Source: Thainema sp. (GTDB taxonomy: Bacteria; Cyanobacteriota; Cyanobacteriia; Phormidesmidales; Phormidesmidaceae). From it: DNA of 64,000 nt. Below are positions 20,058 to 30,073 of this stretch, piece by piece. The notes beneath the pieces are model-generated. The model was given only the letters and a program-made list of their open reading frames with translations, made no database searches and was not told the DNA's origin. The stretch spans positions 1 through 64,000 of the forward strand of contig JBQLZK010000025.1 of NCBI GenBank assembly GCA_052168235.1, read 5' to 3'. The first letter of the stretch is position 1. Each line of letters begins with the position of its first letter. Made by a program: the position numbers and the translations under genes.

Positions 20058-20384
20058 ATGAATTATGGACTTTTAATTATCAGTATGGCACTGGTGACGT
20101 TTTCTATTCGCTATGTGTTAATTGCTCTGAGCGGAAAAATTAACCTCTCACCCAAAATGATTCGAGCGTTGGAGTTCGTTCCCCCAGCCGTCCTCACCGC
20201 CATCATCACGCCTACAGTCCTGATTCCTGACGGTGAAACGCTGTTTTTGAGCTGGAATAATCCTCGCTTGGTTGGAGCCTGCATTGCCGTGATTGTGGGC
20301 TTTTGGCGCGGCAATCTGCTGCTGACAATTGTGGCGGGTATGGCGGCGTTTTGGATATGGCAGGGGTTGTTGGGGTTTGATTAG
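20058..20384 (+). CDS. AzlD-family branched-chain amino acid exporter small subunit
   Basis: MALVTF.IRY, L.FVPPAVLTAII.P and LL.TIV.GM motifs; likely start 20058. Confidence 0.85.
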   Translation: MNYGLLIISMALVTFSIRYVLIALSGKINLSPKMIRALEFVPPAVLTAIITPTVLIPDGETLFLSWNNPRLVGACIAVIVGFWRGNLLLTIVAGMAAFWIWQGLLGFD

Positions 20385-21034
20385 GGTTGTCAAGGTGGTT
20401 GTGGAGGGGAAGCGAAGTAGGAGGGTGGATGGGTAGATGGGTGGGGCGTTTGTGTGACAAATAAAAAGCAGCCTATTCTGCTCGGTGAGAATAAGCTGCG
20501 TGACTAAAGGAGCGTGTGAGGAAATCTGCAAGCTGACCGATAGCGGTGCATTAGGTCTAGAGAGCCAAATCATTGGGGTGAAAAGTTGATCCGGCCAGCT
20601 TTTCACGCAATTGTAATGAGCGTCCATCAGACCTAGACAAAACTCGGCGCGATCGCAGAATTCGCTAACGCATATTCACTGTAAGGGGAAATTCTCAGCA
20701 AACTGTCGCCGTTTCAAATTTGGTGACGGGAGAGGGAGAGTAGCAGAATGGGAGGATAGTGGTTTGTCAACGTTGTTTGGGTGGATTTTGATAGTTGATA
20801 TATCGTGCAAAGCGCGACATATCAACTATCACAACTGATTGGACACAGCAGTAAGAGAGTAGGAGCGAGTGACTATGCTCTGCTGTTCTCCTGCTTCCCC
20901 TATGCCTAATGATGACGCGTGTGAACAATAAACCTGCCTACTGGATGCTTACAACCGTCATCAATTCAGTCTGGGGATCGATTAAGCTGCTGGCTGAATT
21001 AGAGTAGAAATTAGGGTACAAAATCTAACGGAGA

Positions 21035-21487
21035 TTGTATTCTATGAAACGGATTGACTTGGCGAAGTCGTTCACAACAGCAGGTCGCTGGTTGGCTACC
21101 GCTGCTATTTGCTTATCTGCGATCGCATTTGTTTGGCAGGGTGGCTTTGTCATGGATACCTCTGCTCTGGCAAATCCAGCGAATAACTGGATTGCTGCGG
21201 CTGACTTGGATGATCAGGTGCAGAACAAAGCAGGTCGGGATGCCCAGAACACGAAGGGCTTTGTGCGCGACGCAGCAGAAAGCGTGAAAGAAACGGCGCG
21301 GAATAATGCCAATCGGATGAGCGACGCAACGGATGGCGATAATTTCATCCAGCGCAAAGCTCAGCGCGATGCAGGCCGGATCCAACAGCGCGCGAATGAA
21401 GATGCGAGCCGTACCCAAGGAGCTATTGACGACACCAAAAACTTTGTCCAAAACGCAGTTGATAACATCAAAGATGCGTTTGATTAA
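21035..21487 (+). CDS. Hypothetical exported hydrophilic protein (LEA/CsbD-like)
   Basis: N-terminal signal/TM segment then D/N/Q/A/K-rich amphipathic sequence. Confidence 0.6.
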   Translation: MYSMKRIDLAKSFTTAGRWLATAAICLSAIAFVWQGGFVMDTSALANPANNWIAAADLDDQVQNKAGRDAQNTKGFVRDAAESVKETARNNANRMSDATDGDNFIQRKAQRDAGRIQQRANEDASRTQGAIDDTKNFVQNAVDNIKDAFD

Positions 21488-21498
21488 TTAATAGCTTT

Positions 21499-21586
21499 CC
21501 CCTCATTCTCCAGCCCTTCTCCCACCGGGAGAAGGAAGTTTCTGAAGTCCCTCTCCCGCTCTGGGAGAGGGATTTAGGGTGAGGGC
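21499..21586. repeat. Cyanobacterial double-hairpin dispersed repeat between convergent genes
   Basis: CCTTCTCCC ACC GGGAGAAGG and CCCTCTCCC..GGGAGAGGG hairpins inside CCCTCA...TGAGGG. Confidence 0.7.
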
Positions 21587-21589
21587 AGA

Positions 21590-22513
21590 TTAATCTGATG
21601 CCTGCGCGATCGCAGATTCGGCCCAGTCGGCTTTCAAGATATCCAAAAAAGCAAACACAACGGGTTCATGCAGCGTGTTGGCTAGAACAGCAGCAGCAAT
21701 GACCCGATTCAGCGGAATCGGCAGATGATACACCTGCACCGAAGCCGGGATGGGTTCGGCAGCTAAACGCGGCAAAATTGTTGCTCCCATGCCTTGCGCG
21801 ACTAGGCTGACGGTTGTGGCATCGGTTTCCACTTCGTATACTACGTTCAGCCGATAGCCCAAGCCGTTAATGTGGTCGTACACGCGGCGCATCATGATGT
21901 AGTCCACAGGCGGCATAATCAGCGGGTAAGCAGCGAGTTCTTCCCAGGTCAGCTCATTCTGTGCAGGTTGGAACGATGGCGGAAACAGCGCAATAAACTC
22001 GTCGTGCAGAATTTCCCAGGCTTCTAATCCCTTGTTAATTGGCAAAACCGTCAAGCCAATGTCGGCCTTGCTTTCGAAAAGCGCTTGCTCAACGGCAAAA
22101 TGATCGTCATGCTCGTCCAAGCTGACGGAAATTTCAGGATGGCGCTGATGAAACTCGGTGATCACCTTGGGCAGCAGGTGGGCCGCGACGCTGCGGAAGG
22201 TGGCAATCCGAATCTGGCCGCCTTTTAGCCCCTTGGCTAACTTGGCTTCCCGCTCAATGTCATCCATCCGATCCAAAATCTCGCGGGCATGGCGCACGAT
22301 TCGCTGCCCCACGGGGGTCAAATGCGCTCCCTGGCGTCCCCGAATGCACAGAACCACCCCTAGCAATTCTTCCAAAGCTGCGATCGCATGGCTGACTGCT
22401 GACTGTGACATATTCAGCCGCAGCGCCGCCTCACTAAAGTTTTCTTCATCGGCCACCGCTACTAAGATTCGCAGTTGCGACAGTTTCATCTGGTTTTGAG
22501 GATTCCCCTTCAT
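21590..22513 (-). CDS. LysR-family transcriptional regulator
   Basis: FSEAALRLNMSQSAVSHAI..LE..LG HTH; LysR substrate-binding domain. Confidence 0.95.
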   Translation of the reverse strand: MKGNPQNQMKLSQLRILVAVADEENFSEAALRLNMSQSAVSHAIAALEELLGVVLCIRGRQGAHLTPVGQRIVRHAREILDRMDDIEREAKLAKGLKGGQIRIATFRSVAAHLLPKVITEFHQRHPEISVSLDEHDDHFAVEQALFESKADIGLTVLPINKGLEAWEILHDEFIALFPPSFQPAQNELTWEELAAYPLIMPPVDYIMMRRVYDHINGLGYRLNVVYEVETDATTVSLVAQGMGATILPRLAAEPIPASVQVYHLPIPLNRVIAAAVLANTLHEPVVFAFLDILKADWAESAIAQASD

Positions 22514-23284
22514 CGCATTAGGCTCACCAGAGAAAAAACAAACTGCGCTGAATTGTAGCGGTTAACGTTGGAAAAACATGCGCATCCCGAACCTAATCGT
22601 GTGGCAATCCTCACCTAATAACCCTCAGTAAAGGATGCCAGCCTGGATCTAAAGGTGCTAATCTAGTCGAGGAGCAAATTGGCTACCGGATTAGGCCAAT
22701 AGTGAGAGCAGTATGGTAGGGAAGAGAATTATTTTGTACAAGTAACGAAACCTGTTGCCATCGAACGTGTCGATGAACGTATCGATCAGCAGGTTTCTAA
22801 AAGGCTTTAGATAGACTGATGCAATCAATTCATCTAAGCTGATTCGACAACTCAAACAGGCAGAAGTGGATAACCGAATATTGTTTCTTCCATCTGCTGA
22901 CTGGTTTAAATGTGCGATCGCAGCTTATGATGCAACCCCATTCTGCTAAACACGGATCATCAGCTCTATCATCCCTTCGGCATCAGTTTTCGCTTGCTCC
23001 AGTCCTTTCAGTAGCAACACCCGATTTCAGCGTTAGATGATGGGTAATCCCTTCTATCTAGGCAACGTGGTGTTTTACAATTATTTACGATTGTATAATT
23101 GATGATTGTACTGTTGTGGCAAGCACAGTCCAGGAGATTGGCCCGAGTCATCGGCCAAGACGCTTGGATCGCCATTTAACACGCTCTAACGTCATACCCG
23201 ATCTAGCGGTGTCTAGGTCTAAAACCCGTGACCGTTGAGCCGTTGAATGTTGATTTGGTTCCAGAAAACCCTTGAAGGTGGTTA

Positions 23285-23319
23285 CTAACCGTTTGTCGCA
23301 TTGCTAACCGTTTGTCGCA
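23285..23319 (+). repeat. Perfect 16-bp direct repeat just upstream of fusA
   Basis: CTAACCGTTTGTCGCA at 23285-23300 and 23304-23319. Confidence 0.85.
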
Positions 23320-23338
23320 CTTAATCAGAGAATAGATT

Positions 23339-25429
23339 ATGAAAAAGGACATCACCCGCTATCGGAATATTGGTATTTTTGCCCACGTGGACGCGGGTAA
23401 AACCACTACAACCGAACGAATTCTTAAGCTGACCGGAAAAATTCACAAGATCGGTGAGGTGCATGACGGTGCGGCAACCACAGACTTCATGGAGCAAGAG
23501 CAGGAGCGTGGTATCACCATTCAATCCGCTGCGACCTCTTGTTTCTGGAAAGACTGTCAGCTCAACATTATTGACACGCCTGGACACGTTGACTTCACCA
23601 TTGAGGTATACCGCTCCCTGAAGGTACTCGACGGCGGTATCGGTGTATTCTGCGGTTCCGGTGGTGTAGAACCCCAGTCTGAAACCAACTGGCGCTACGC
23701 TAACGAATCCAAGGTTTCTCGGATTATCTACGTCAACAAGCTAGACCGTCTGGGTGCTGACTTCTACCGGGTTGTGAAGCAGGTTGAAGATGTCCTAGCT
23801 GCTACGCCGCTGGTGATGGTATTGCCGATTGGTCGTGAAGAAGACTTCGTTGGCATTGTAGACTTGCTGACCCGCAAGGCTTGGATCTGGGATGACTCCG
23901 GTCTGCCCGAGAACTACGAGATCACCGATGTGCCTGAAGACATGGTGGATCAGGTTGAGGAATATCGTGAAGCCCTCATCGAGCTTGCAGTTGAGCAAGA
24001 CGAAGATGTGATGGTGAAGTACCTCGAAGGCGAAGAAGTCACCGTTGACGAGATTAAGGCTTGTATCCGCAAGGGTACTCGTGACCTGGCCTTCTTCCCC
24101 ACCTACTGCGGTTCATCCTTTAAGAACAAGGGTGTGCAGAACGTCCTCGACGCGGTTGTAGACTACCTGCCGTCTCCGATGGATGTTCCACCCCAGCCTG
24201 AAGTTGATCCCGAAGGTAACGAAACAGGCAAGGTGGCAAAAGTTGACCCCGATGCACCGCTGCGGGCGCTGGCGTTCAAGATTATGGACGACCGTTTTGG
24301 TGCGCTCACCTTTACCCGGATTTACTCCGGTCGGATTTCCAAGGGTGACACCATCCTCAATGCTGCGACGGGCAAGACCGAGCGGGTCAGCCGTCTGGTT
24401 GAAATGCACGCCAACTCCCGTGAAGAGATTGAATCGGCTCAAGCGGGTGACATCGTCGCGCTGGTCGGCATGAAGCTGACCCAGACCGGACATACCCTCT
24501 GCGATCCGAAGAATCCAGCGGTTCTGGAACCGATGATCTTCCCCGATCCCGTAATCTCCATTGCTGTATCTCCTAAGAAGAAAGGCGACAGCGAGAAGAT
24601 GGGTATGGCGCTCAGCAAGATGGTGCAAGAAGATCCGTCCTTCCAGGTTGAAACCGATCAGGAAAGCGGCGAAGTCATCATCAAAGGTATGGGTGAACTT
24701 CACCTCGACATTAAGGTGGACATCCTGAAGCGGACTCACGGTGTTGAAGTTGAAGTGGGTAAGCCCCAGGTTGCTTATCGCGAATCCATCACCAAGACCA
24801 TCTCCGACAGCTACACCCACAAGAAGCAGTCCGGTGGTTCGGGTCAGTACGGCAAGATCGACTACATCATCGAGCCTGCACCCGCTGGCACAGGCTTCCA
24901 GTTTGAGTCCACCGTTACGGGCGGTAACGTACCGAAGGAATTCTGGCCTGCGGTTCAGAAGGGCTTTGAGAACAGCATTGACAAGGGGCCTCTCGCTGGC
25001 TTCCCGATGGTGGATCTCAAAGTTACCCTCACCGATGGTGCGTATCACCCGGTTGACTCTTCTGCGATCGCATTTGAGATTGCAGCGAAATCGGCTTATC
25101 GTCAGACTGTACCCAAGGCTGGCCCTGAGCTGCTAGAGCCGATCATGCACGTGGATGTCTTCACTCCCGATGACTACATGGGTGACGTAATCGGTGACTT
25201 GAACCGTCGTCGCGGCATGATCAAAGCGCAGGAATCCGGCGCAATGGGTGTGCGGGTGAAAGCAGATGTACCGCTGAGCGAAATGTTTGGCTACATCGGT
25301 GACCTGCGGACGATGACCTCTGGTCGGGGTCAGTTCTCGATGGAATTCTCGCACTACTCTCCTTGCCCCAACAATGTGGCTGAGGAAGTTATCCGGGAAA
25401 CCAAAGAGCGCGAAGCTGCCCTAGCGTAG
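23339..25429 (+). CDS. fusA: Elongation factor G (stand-alone paralog)
   Basis: [45 protein letters not shown] and LLEPIM motifs; 696 aa; strong codon bias. Confidence 0.97.
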   Translation: MKKDITRYRNIGIFAHVDAGKTTTTERILKLTGKIHKIGEVHDGAATTDFMEQEQERGITIQSAATSCFWKDCQLNIIDTPGHVDFTIEVYRSLKVLDGGIGVFCGSGGVEPQSETNWRYANESKVSRIIYVNKLDRLGADFYRVVKQVEDVLAATPLVMVLPIGREEDFVGIVDLLTRKAWIWDDSGLPENYEITDVPEDMVDQVEEYREALIELAVEQDEDVMVKYLEGEEVTVDEIKACIRKGTRDLAFFPTYCGSSFKNKGVQNVLDAVVDYLPSPMDVPPQPEVDPEGNETGKVAKVDPDAPLRALAFKIMDDRFGALTFTRIYSGRISKGDTILNAATGKTERVSRLVEMHANSREEIESAQAGDIVALVGMKLTQTGHTLCDPKNPAVLEPMIFPDPVISIAVSPKKKGDSEKMGMALSKMVQEDPSFQVETDQESGEVIIKGMGELHLDIKVDILKRTHGVEVEVGKPQVAYRESITKTISDSYTHKKQSGGSGQYGKIDYIIEPAPAGTGFQFESTVTGGNVPKEFWPAVQKGFENSIDKGPLAGFPMVDLKVTLTDGAYHPVDSSAIAFEIAAKSAYRQTVPKAGPELLEPIMHVDVFTPDDYMGDVIGDLNRRRGMIKAQESGAMGVRVKADVPLSEMFGYIGDLRTMTSGRGQFSMEFSHYSPCPNNVAEEVIRETKEREAALA

Positions 25430-25470
25430 GATTGCCGACTGTTCATAGGGTGTAATGCCCGATAAATTCT

Positions 25471-25509
25471 AAAAAAGGCGAGCCGCATAGAATGCGGCTC
25501 GCCTTTTTT
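25471..25509 (+). terminator. Rho-independent (bidirectional-type) terminator after fusA
   Basis: AAAAAAGGCGAGCCGCAT AGA ATGCGGCTCGCCTTTTTT. Confidence 0.9.
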
Positions 25510-25673
25510 GTGGTCATCATTCATCAATATCCTGGCCAAATGCATCGCCTGTGAAGGATTGTGCTACGTGAGATCGCAGATCAAGTGCATACCTCTGCAA
25601 CCGCGAGAGTTAGGAACAGATCTGGATGAGACTACTGTAGTGAACTGCTGTAGTTCATCCAGTTTGTCCCGAT

Positions 25674-26297
25674 TTGCCCCAACATGAAACGCCAATGAAA
25701 TCGACACTCACACACACAATTTGCCCCGTTCGGACAGCTGCGATCGCAGAACGAGAACGGATTATTTCAACACTCGTGCTGGCCTTTAATACCGATCCGG
25801 CCAACCGCTGGCTATTCCCCGATCCGTACCGATACTTGACCTATTTTCCCCAGTTCGTGCAGGCATTTGGCGGGAAAGCGTTTGAATGTCACACGGTTTA
25901 CTGTAGTGAAAATTATTCTGGTGCAGCCCTGTGGATTCCGCCTGGAGTTGAACCCGATCCTCAGCCTGTCTTTGACGTGATTCAGCGTAGCGTTGCACCA
26001 GCCGATTTGAGCGATGTCTTTGCAGTGTTCGAACAAATCGAGCACTACCACCCTAAGTTTCCCCACTGGTATCTGCCGTTTATTGGCGTGGAGCCAGCTC
26101 AGCAGGGCAAGGGTTATGGTTCGGTGCTCTTGCAGCCCGTTTTGGAACAGTGCGATCGCAACTGCATTCCCGCTTATTTAGAATCCTCAAATTCAGCGAA
26201 TATTCCGTTTTATGAGCGCCACGGATTTCAGTTACTTGGCACCATCCAGGCTGGAGCATCGGCCTCAATTTTTCCAATGATCCGTCAGCCCCAATAA
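25674..26297 (+). CDS. GNAT-family N-acetyltransferase
   Basis: HWYL..IGVEP..QGKGYGS.LL and AYLESS...NI.FYERHGF motifs. Confidence 0.92.
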   Translation: MPQHETPMKSTLTHTICPVRTAAIAERERIISTLVLAFNTDPANRWLFPDPYRYLTYFPQFVQAFGGKAFECHTVYCSENYSGAALWIPPGVEPDPQPVFDVIQRSVAPADLSDVFAVFEQIEHYHPKFPHWYLPFIGVEPAQQGKGYGSVLLQPVLEQCDRNCIPAYLESSNSANIPFYERHGFQLLGTIQAGASASIFPMIRQPQ

Positions 26298-26329
26298 CGA
26301 CCTTATTAGCCCCCGATTAGGAACACATC

Positions 26330-27313
26330 ATGTCTAAGTACAGAAATAATTTGCCCCAGCTTTCTAATGATCTATTCATCACCGATGGTGGTCTTGAAAC
26401 GACGCTGATTTTTCATGAAGGGCTTGATTTACCAGAGTTTGCCGCTTTCGATTTATTGAAAAGTCAGTCGGGTTATCAAGCTTTGCAGAACTACTTTCGC
26501 ACCTATGCCGCTCTTGCGCATACATACAATGTTGGACTGATTTTAGAAAGCGCCACCTGGCGAGCCAATGCGGATTGGGGAACCAAACTGGGTTACTCCA
26601 ACTACACCTTAGAAGAAGCCAATCATCAGGCCATTGAGATGCTTCACGTCATTCGCAACCAGTATGAAACAGAGCAGAGCAAGATGGTGATTAGCGGCTG
26701 CATTGGTCCCCGTGGTGATGGCTACGTTCCGGCAACGGCCATGACGATTCCAGAAGCTACAGCCTATCACCAAACGCAAGTTGAAATTTTTTGGGAAGCT
26801 AATGCCGACCTAGTGACAGCCATTACGATGAATTACGTTGAGGAAGCGATCGGGGTTGCTCGGGCTGCCCAAGCGATGGAAATGCCCGTGGTAATCTCGT
26901 TTACGGTTGAAACTGATGGGAAGTTACCCACAGGGCAAAGTCTGCAATCTGCGATCGCACAGGTTGATCAAGCCACGGATAGCTATCCGGCTTACTACAT
27001 GATCAACTGCGCCCATCCTACCCATTTTGCTGATGTGCTAGTGGAGGACGAACTGTGGCTGGATCGGATTCGGGGTCTGCGGGCTAATGCGTCTACTCGG
27101 AGTCATGCTGAGCTGGATGAAGCTGAAAATTTGGATGATGGCAATCCCGTCGAGCTTGGCCGTCAGTATCGCGAATTGAAAAGCAAGTTGAAGCGGTTGA
27201 ATGTGCTAGGTGGCTGCTGCGGTACTGATCACCGCCATGTGGAAGCAATTTGCCAAGCCTGCTTACCCGTTCTCTGGGCGCACACCTCGTCGCGCTTGCC
27301 CGTTTCTATGTAG
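26330..27313 (+). CDS. Homocysteine S-methyltransferase family protein
   Basis: TDGGLET, GPRGDGY, INCAHP and GGCCG Zn-ligand motifs. Confidence 0.92.
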   Translation: MSKYRNNLPQLSNDLFITDGGLETTLIFHEGLDLPEFAAFDLLKSQSGYQALQNYFRTYAALAHTYNVGLILESATWRANADWGTKLGYSNYTLEEANHQAIEMLHVIRNQYETEQSKMVISGCIGPRGDGYVPATAMTIPEATAYHQTQVEIFWEANADLVTAITMNYVEEAIGVARAAQAMEMPVVISFTVETDGKLPTGQSLQSAIAQVDQATDSYPAYYMINCAHPTHFADVLVEDELWLDRIRGLRANASTRSHAELDEAENLDDGNPVELGRQYRELKSKLKRLNVLGGCCGTDHRHVEAICQACLPVLWAHTSSRLPVSM

Positions 27314-27354
27314 TTAAGGACTGTGAATTAAATAGCCTGCCAATCATTCCATCC

Positions 27355-27383
27355 GTAGGGACACGGCATTGCCGTGTCCCTAC
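27355..27383. repeat. GTAG-type REP-like palindrome
   Basis: Identical to 7792-7820. Confidence 0.85.
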
Positions 27384-27679
27384 CCAAACGATTTCATCTT
27401 ATTAAATCCGCGTTCCTAAGCGAGTTCAAACAAGAAACAGCCCGGTCTACCAAAATAGATCGGGCTACGATGATTGACTTGAACTTCTACCTCTGCTTTT
27501 AATATGCCTCGGCTGAATCGAGGAATTTCTACGCCACTTGACTGAACTGAGCGTTATAAATGCGCAATGCTACCCAGTTGGAAGGCAAACTCTACCTTGG
27601 TTAGATTTCAGGTTTATCTGCAATTCGGTACGTATGGGGATATAGCAATTGCATTCAATGCAGTAATTACCCAAAAAAC

Positions 27680-28126
27680 ATGAAACACGTTAAGCCAATC
27701 AATGATCAGCTTGCTATTGCAGATAATCAGCCTGATGCCGCAGAACTTCAGCGAGCTGCTGAGGCTGGATTTCAGTCGGTGATGAATTTGCGATCGCATA
27801 ATGAATCTGGCGTCCTAGACGATGAAGCACAGCAGGCGGAAGTAGCGGGTTTGGCATACGTGAATATTCCTGTAAAGCCAGATGCCATCAGCGATGAGCA
27901 GGTGGAGCAACTGATGCAGCAAATTGACGAGTTGCCCAAGCCTGCCCTGATTCACTGCAAGAGTGGTGTGCGATCGGGACTGATCGCGTTAATGTACGCT
28001 GCGATTCGGCAACAGATGGGGGTTGATCAAGCTCTGGATCTGGCTCAGCAAAAAGGGTTTGACTTCAGCGACCATCCTAAAATGCAGCAAATTTTTGAAC
28101 AGCAAGTGGCTGCTCATGCTGCATAG
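27680..28126 (+). CDS. Phosphatase-like/sulfurtransferase (DUF442/Blh-like) protein
   Basis: GFQSVMNLR...E and HCKSGVRS (CX5R-type loop). Confidence 0.85.
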   Translation: MKHVKPINDQLAIADNQPDAAELQRAAEAGFQSVMNLRSHNESGVLDDEAQQAEVAGLAYVNIPVKPDAISDEQVEQLMQQIDELPKPALIHCKSGVRSGLIALMYAAIRQQMGVDQALDLAQQKGFDFSDHPKMQQIFEQQVAAHAA

Positions 28127-28218
28127 ATAGCCATAATCGCTACGCCAGCTAAACTCTCGGTTTACAAGGCCATCAAGTGATTTTGCCGCCGTGCGGCGGC
28201 GGTTTAGCGTAGCTATAT

Positions 28219-28334
28219 GATCCCCCACTGTCGCCGCCCCCTTGAAAAGGGGGCTATGCCAACTCTGACTCAAAGTTCCCCTTTTTCTAAGCGAAGCCAT
28301 GCTCGAAGGGCTATAGGGGGATTTAAGGGGGATC
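28219..28334. repeat. C/G-run hairpin repeat nested in a MITE-like remnant
   Basis: GATCCCCC...CCCCCTTGAAAAGGGGG...GGGGGATC; related to 59100-59174. Confidence 0.6.
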
Positions 28335-28442
28335 TATGCAGAGTGTTGCGCTAAGCAAGTACGCCGCCGCCGCAAAATCGCCTCTTGGGTTTTAGTGCGA
28401 GATGTGAGCTAAATTCAAGGTGATTGAATTAGGCTAAACAAC

Positions 28443-29996
28443 GTGCAAAACGGCTGGGATCGGGAAACGGATGTTGTCGTCATTGGCAGCGGCATTGGCG
28501 GACTGTGCTGTGCGGCACTGCTGGCGCATTACGGCTTGCGGGTAATTGTCTGTGAAAGCCACTCCATTGCAGGTGGAGCCGCGCATGGCTTTGAGCGCAA
28601 CGGTTTCAAGTTCGACTCTGGCCCGTCTCTTTACTCTGGCCTGTCCAGTTTTCCCTCGCCCAATCCGCTCAAGCAGGTACTCGATGCGATCTCAGTTGAG
28701 CTACCTTGTAAAACCTATGATACGTGGGGCTGTTGGTTGTCGGAAGGGCATTTCAACACTTCTGTGGGAGCCGATCAGTTTTGTGAGATTTTGCAGCAAC
28801 TGCGGGGAAATCAAGCTGTAGCCGAATGGCGCGAGCTTCAGCGGGTGATGGAGCCACTGAAAGAAGCTGCGATCGCAATTCCTCCGGCAGCGATTCGGCT
28901 GGATCTGGGCGCAATTCAGACAGCGGGACGCTATGCGCCTAGTTTGCTCAAGCATATCGGTCAGGTCGTAAAACTAACCGGGCCATTCAGCCGGATTATA
29001 GATGGCGTGGTGCGTGACCCGTTTGTGCGGCACTGGCTAGATTTGCTCTGTTTTCTGCTGTCAGGATTGCCAGCAGACGGCACGAGTGCGGCGGAAATGG
29101 CCTTTATGTTTGCCGATTGGTATCGTCCTAATGTGGCGTTAGACTATCCGATTGGCGGCAGCGAGGCCCTGGTGAATGCCTTGGTGCATGGTCTGACGCG
29201 AGACGGGGGAGAACTGTGGCTGCGATCGCATGTCGATGAAATTATTGTTGAGCAGCAGCAAGCGATGGGAGTACAGTTGCGGAACGGTAAGCGAATTCGC
29301 GCCCAAGCTGCCGTGATTTCCAATGCGTCTGTCTGGGATACGCTGAAGCTGATTCCAGTCGGCAGGATTCCGCGATCGCTCCAGCAGCGGCAATCGATGC
29401 CCCAGTGCCACAGCTTCATGCACCTGCATTTGGGCATTGATGCGACAAGACTTCCCGCTGATTTGCCCTGTCATCACATCTACGTAAAAGACTGGCAGCA
29501 GGGGGTTGATGCGCCGCAAAACGTGGTGCTGATTTCGATTCCGTCGCTGATTGACCCGTCACTGGCACCCGCTGGTAAGCACACGATCCATGTCTACACA
29601 CCTGGGAATGAACCCTATGAGCTTTGGCAAGGGCTAGATCGACAGAGCGCCGCCTATCAAGAACTGAAGCAAACTCGCTCGGCTATCATGTGGCAAGCCC
29701 TGGAGCAGGTGATTCCCGATATTCGACAGCGCTGTGAGGTGACGCTAGTGGGGACGCCGCTCACCCATGAGCGATTTCTCAGGCGCGATCGCGGTTCATA
29801 CGGGCCAGCGATTCGGGCGGGCGAGGCACTGTTTCCGGGTGCCAAGACGGATATTGCGGGGCTGCTCTGCTGTGGCGATTCGACCTTTCCCGGTATTGGT
29901 CTACCTGCCGTTGCGGCCAGCGGTATGATGGCTGCACATTCGCTAGTACCTGTTGTGCAACAGGTTGACATGCTCAAGCGGATTGGCTGTCTGTAG
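28443..29996 (+). CDS. Phytoene desaturase/carotenoid isomerase-like FAD oxidoreductase
   Basis: VVVIGSGIGGL, FDSGPSL, GTPLTH.RFL...GSYGP and CGDSTFPGIGLPAVAASG motifs. Confidence 0.88.
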   Translation: MQNGWDRETDVVVIGSGIGGLCCAALLAHYGLRVIVCESHSIAGGAAHGFERNGFKFDSGPSLYSGLSSFPSPNPLKQVLDAISVELPCKTYDTWGCWLSEGHFNTSVGADQFCEILQQLRGNQAVAEWRELQRVMEPLKEAAIAIPPAAIRLDLGAIQTAGRYAPSLLKHIGQVVKLTGPFSRIIDGVVRDPFVRHWLDLLCFLLSGLPADGTSAAEMAFMFADWYRPNVALDYPIGGSEALVNALVHGLTRDGGELWLRSHVDEIIVEQQQAMGVQLRNGKRIRAQAAVISNASVWDTLKLIPVGRIPRSLQQRQSMPQCHSFMHLHLGIDATRLPADLPCHHIYVKDWQQGVDAPQNVVLISIPSLIDPSLAPAGKHTIHVYTPGNEPYELWQGLDRQSAAYQELKQTRSAIMWQALEQVIPDIRQRCEVTLVGTPLTHERFLRRDRGSYGPAIRAGEALFPGAKTDIAGLLCCGDSTFPGIGLPAVAASGMMAAHSLVPVVQQVDMLKRIGCL

Positions 29997-30073
29997 GGTA
30001 GCAACTACCCGCTTCAGGTTTTGGTGCAAGAATGGACTTGAGTTTACCCGTTGCCCATTCAGCAGCCTAATTT

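Noticed and set aside
20148..20627. 159-aa minus-strand ORF
   Set aside because: Overlaps azlD antisense and a purine-rich repeat; no protein-like features
23285..23319. Direct repeat as a mini-CRISPR
   Set aside because: Only two 16-bp units with a 3-bp gap; no spacer
24113..25048. 311-aa antisense ORF within fusA
   Set aside because: Shadow frame caused by the strong codon bias of EF-G; no recognisable motifs
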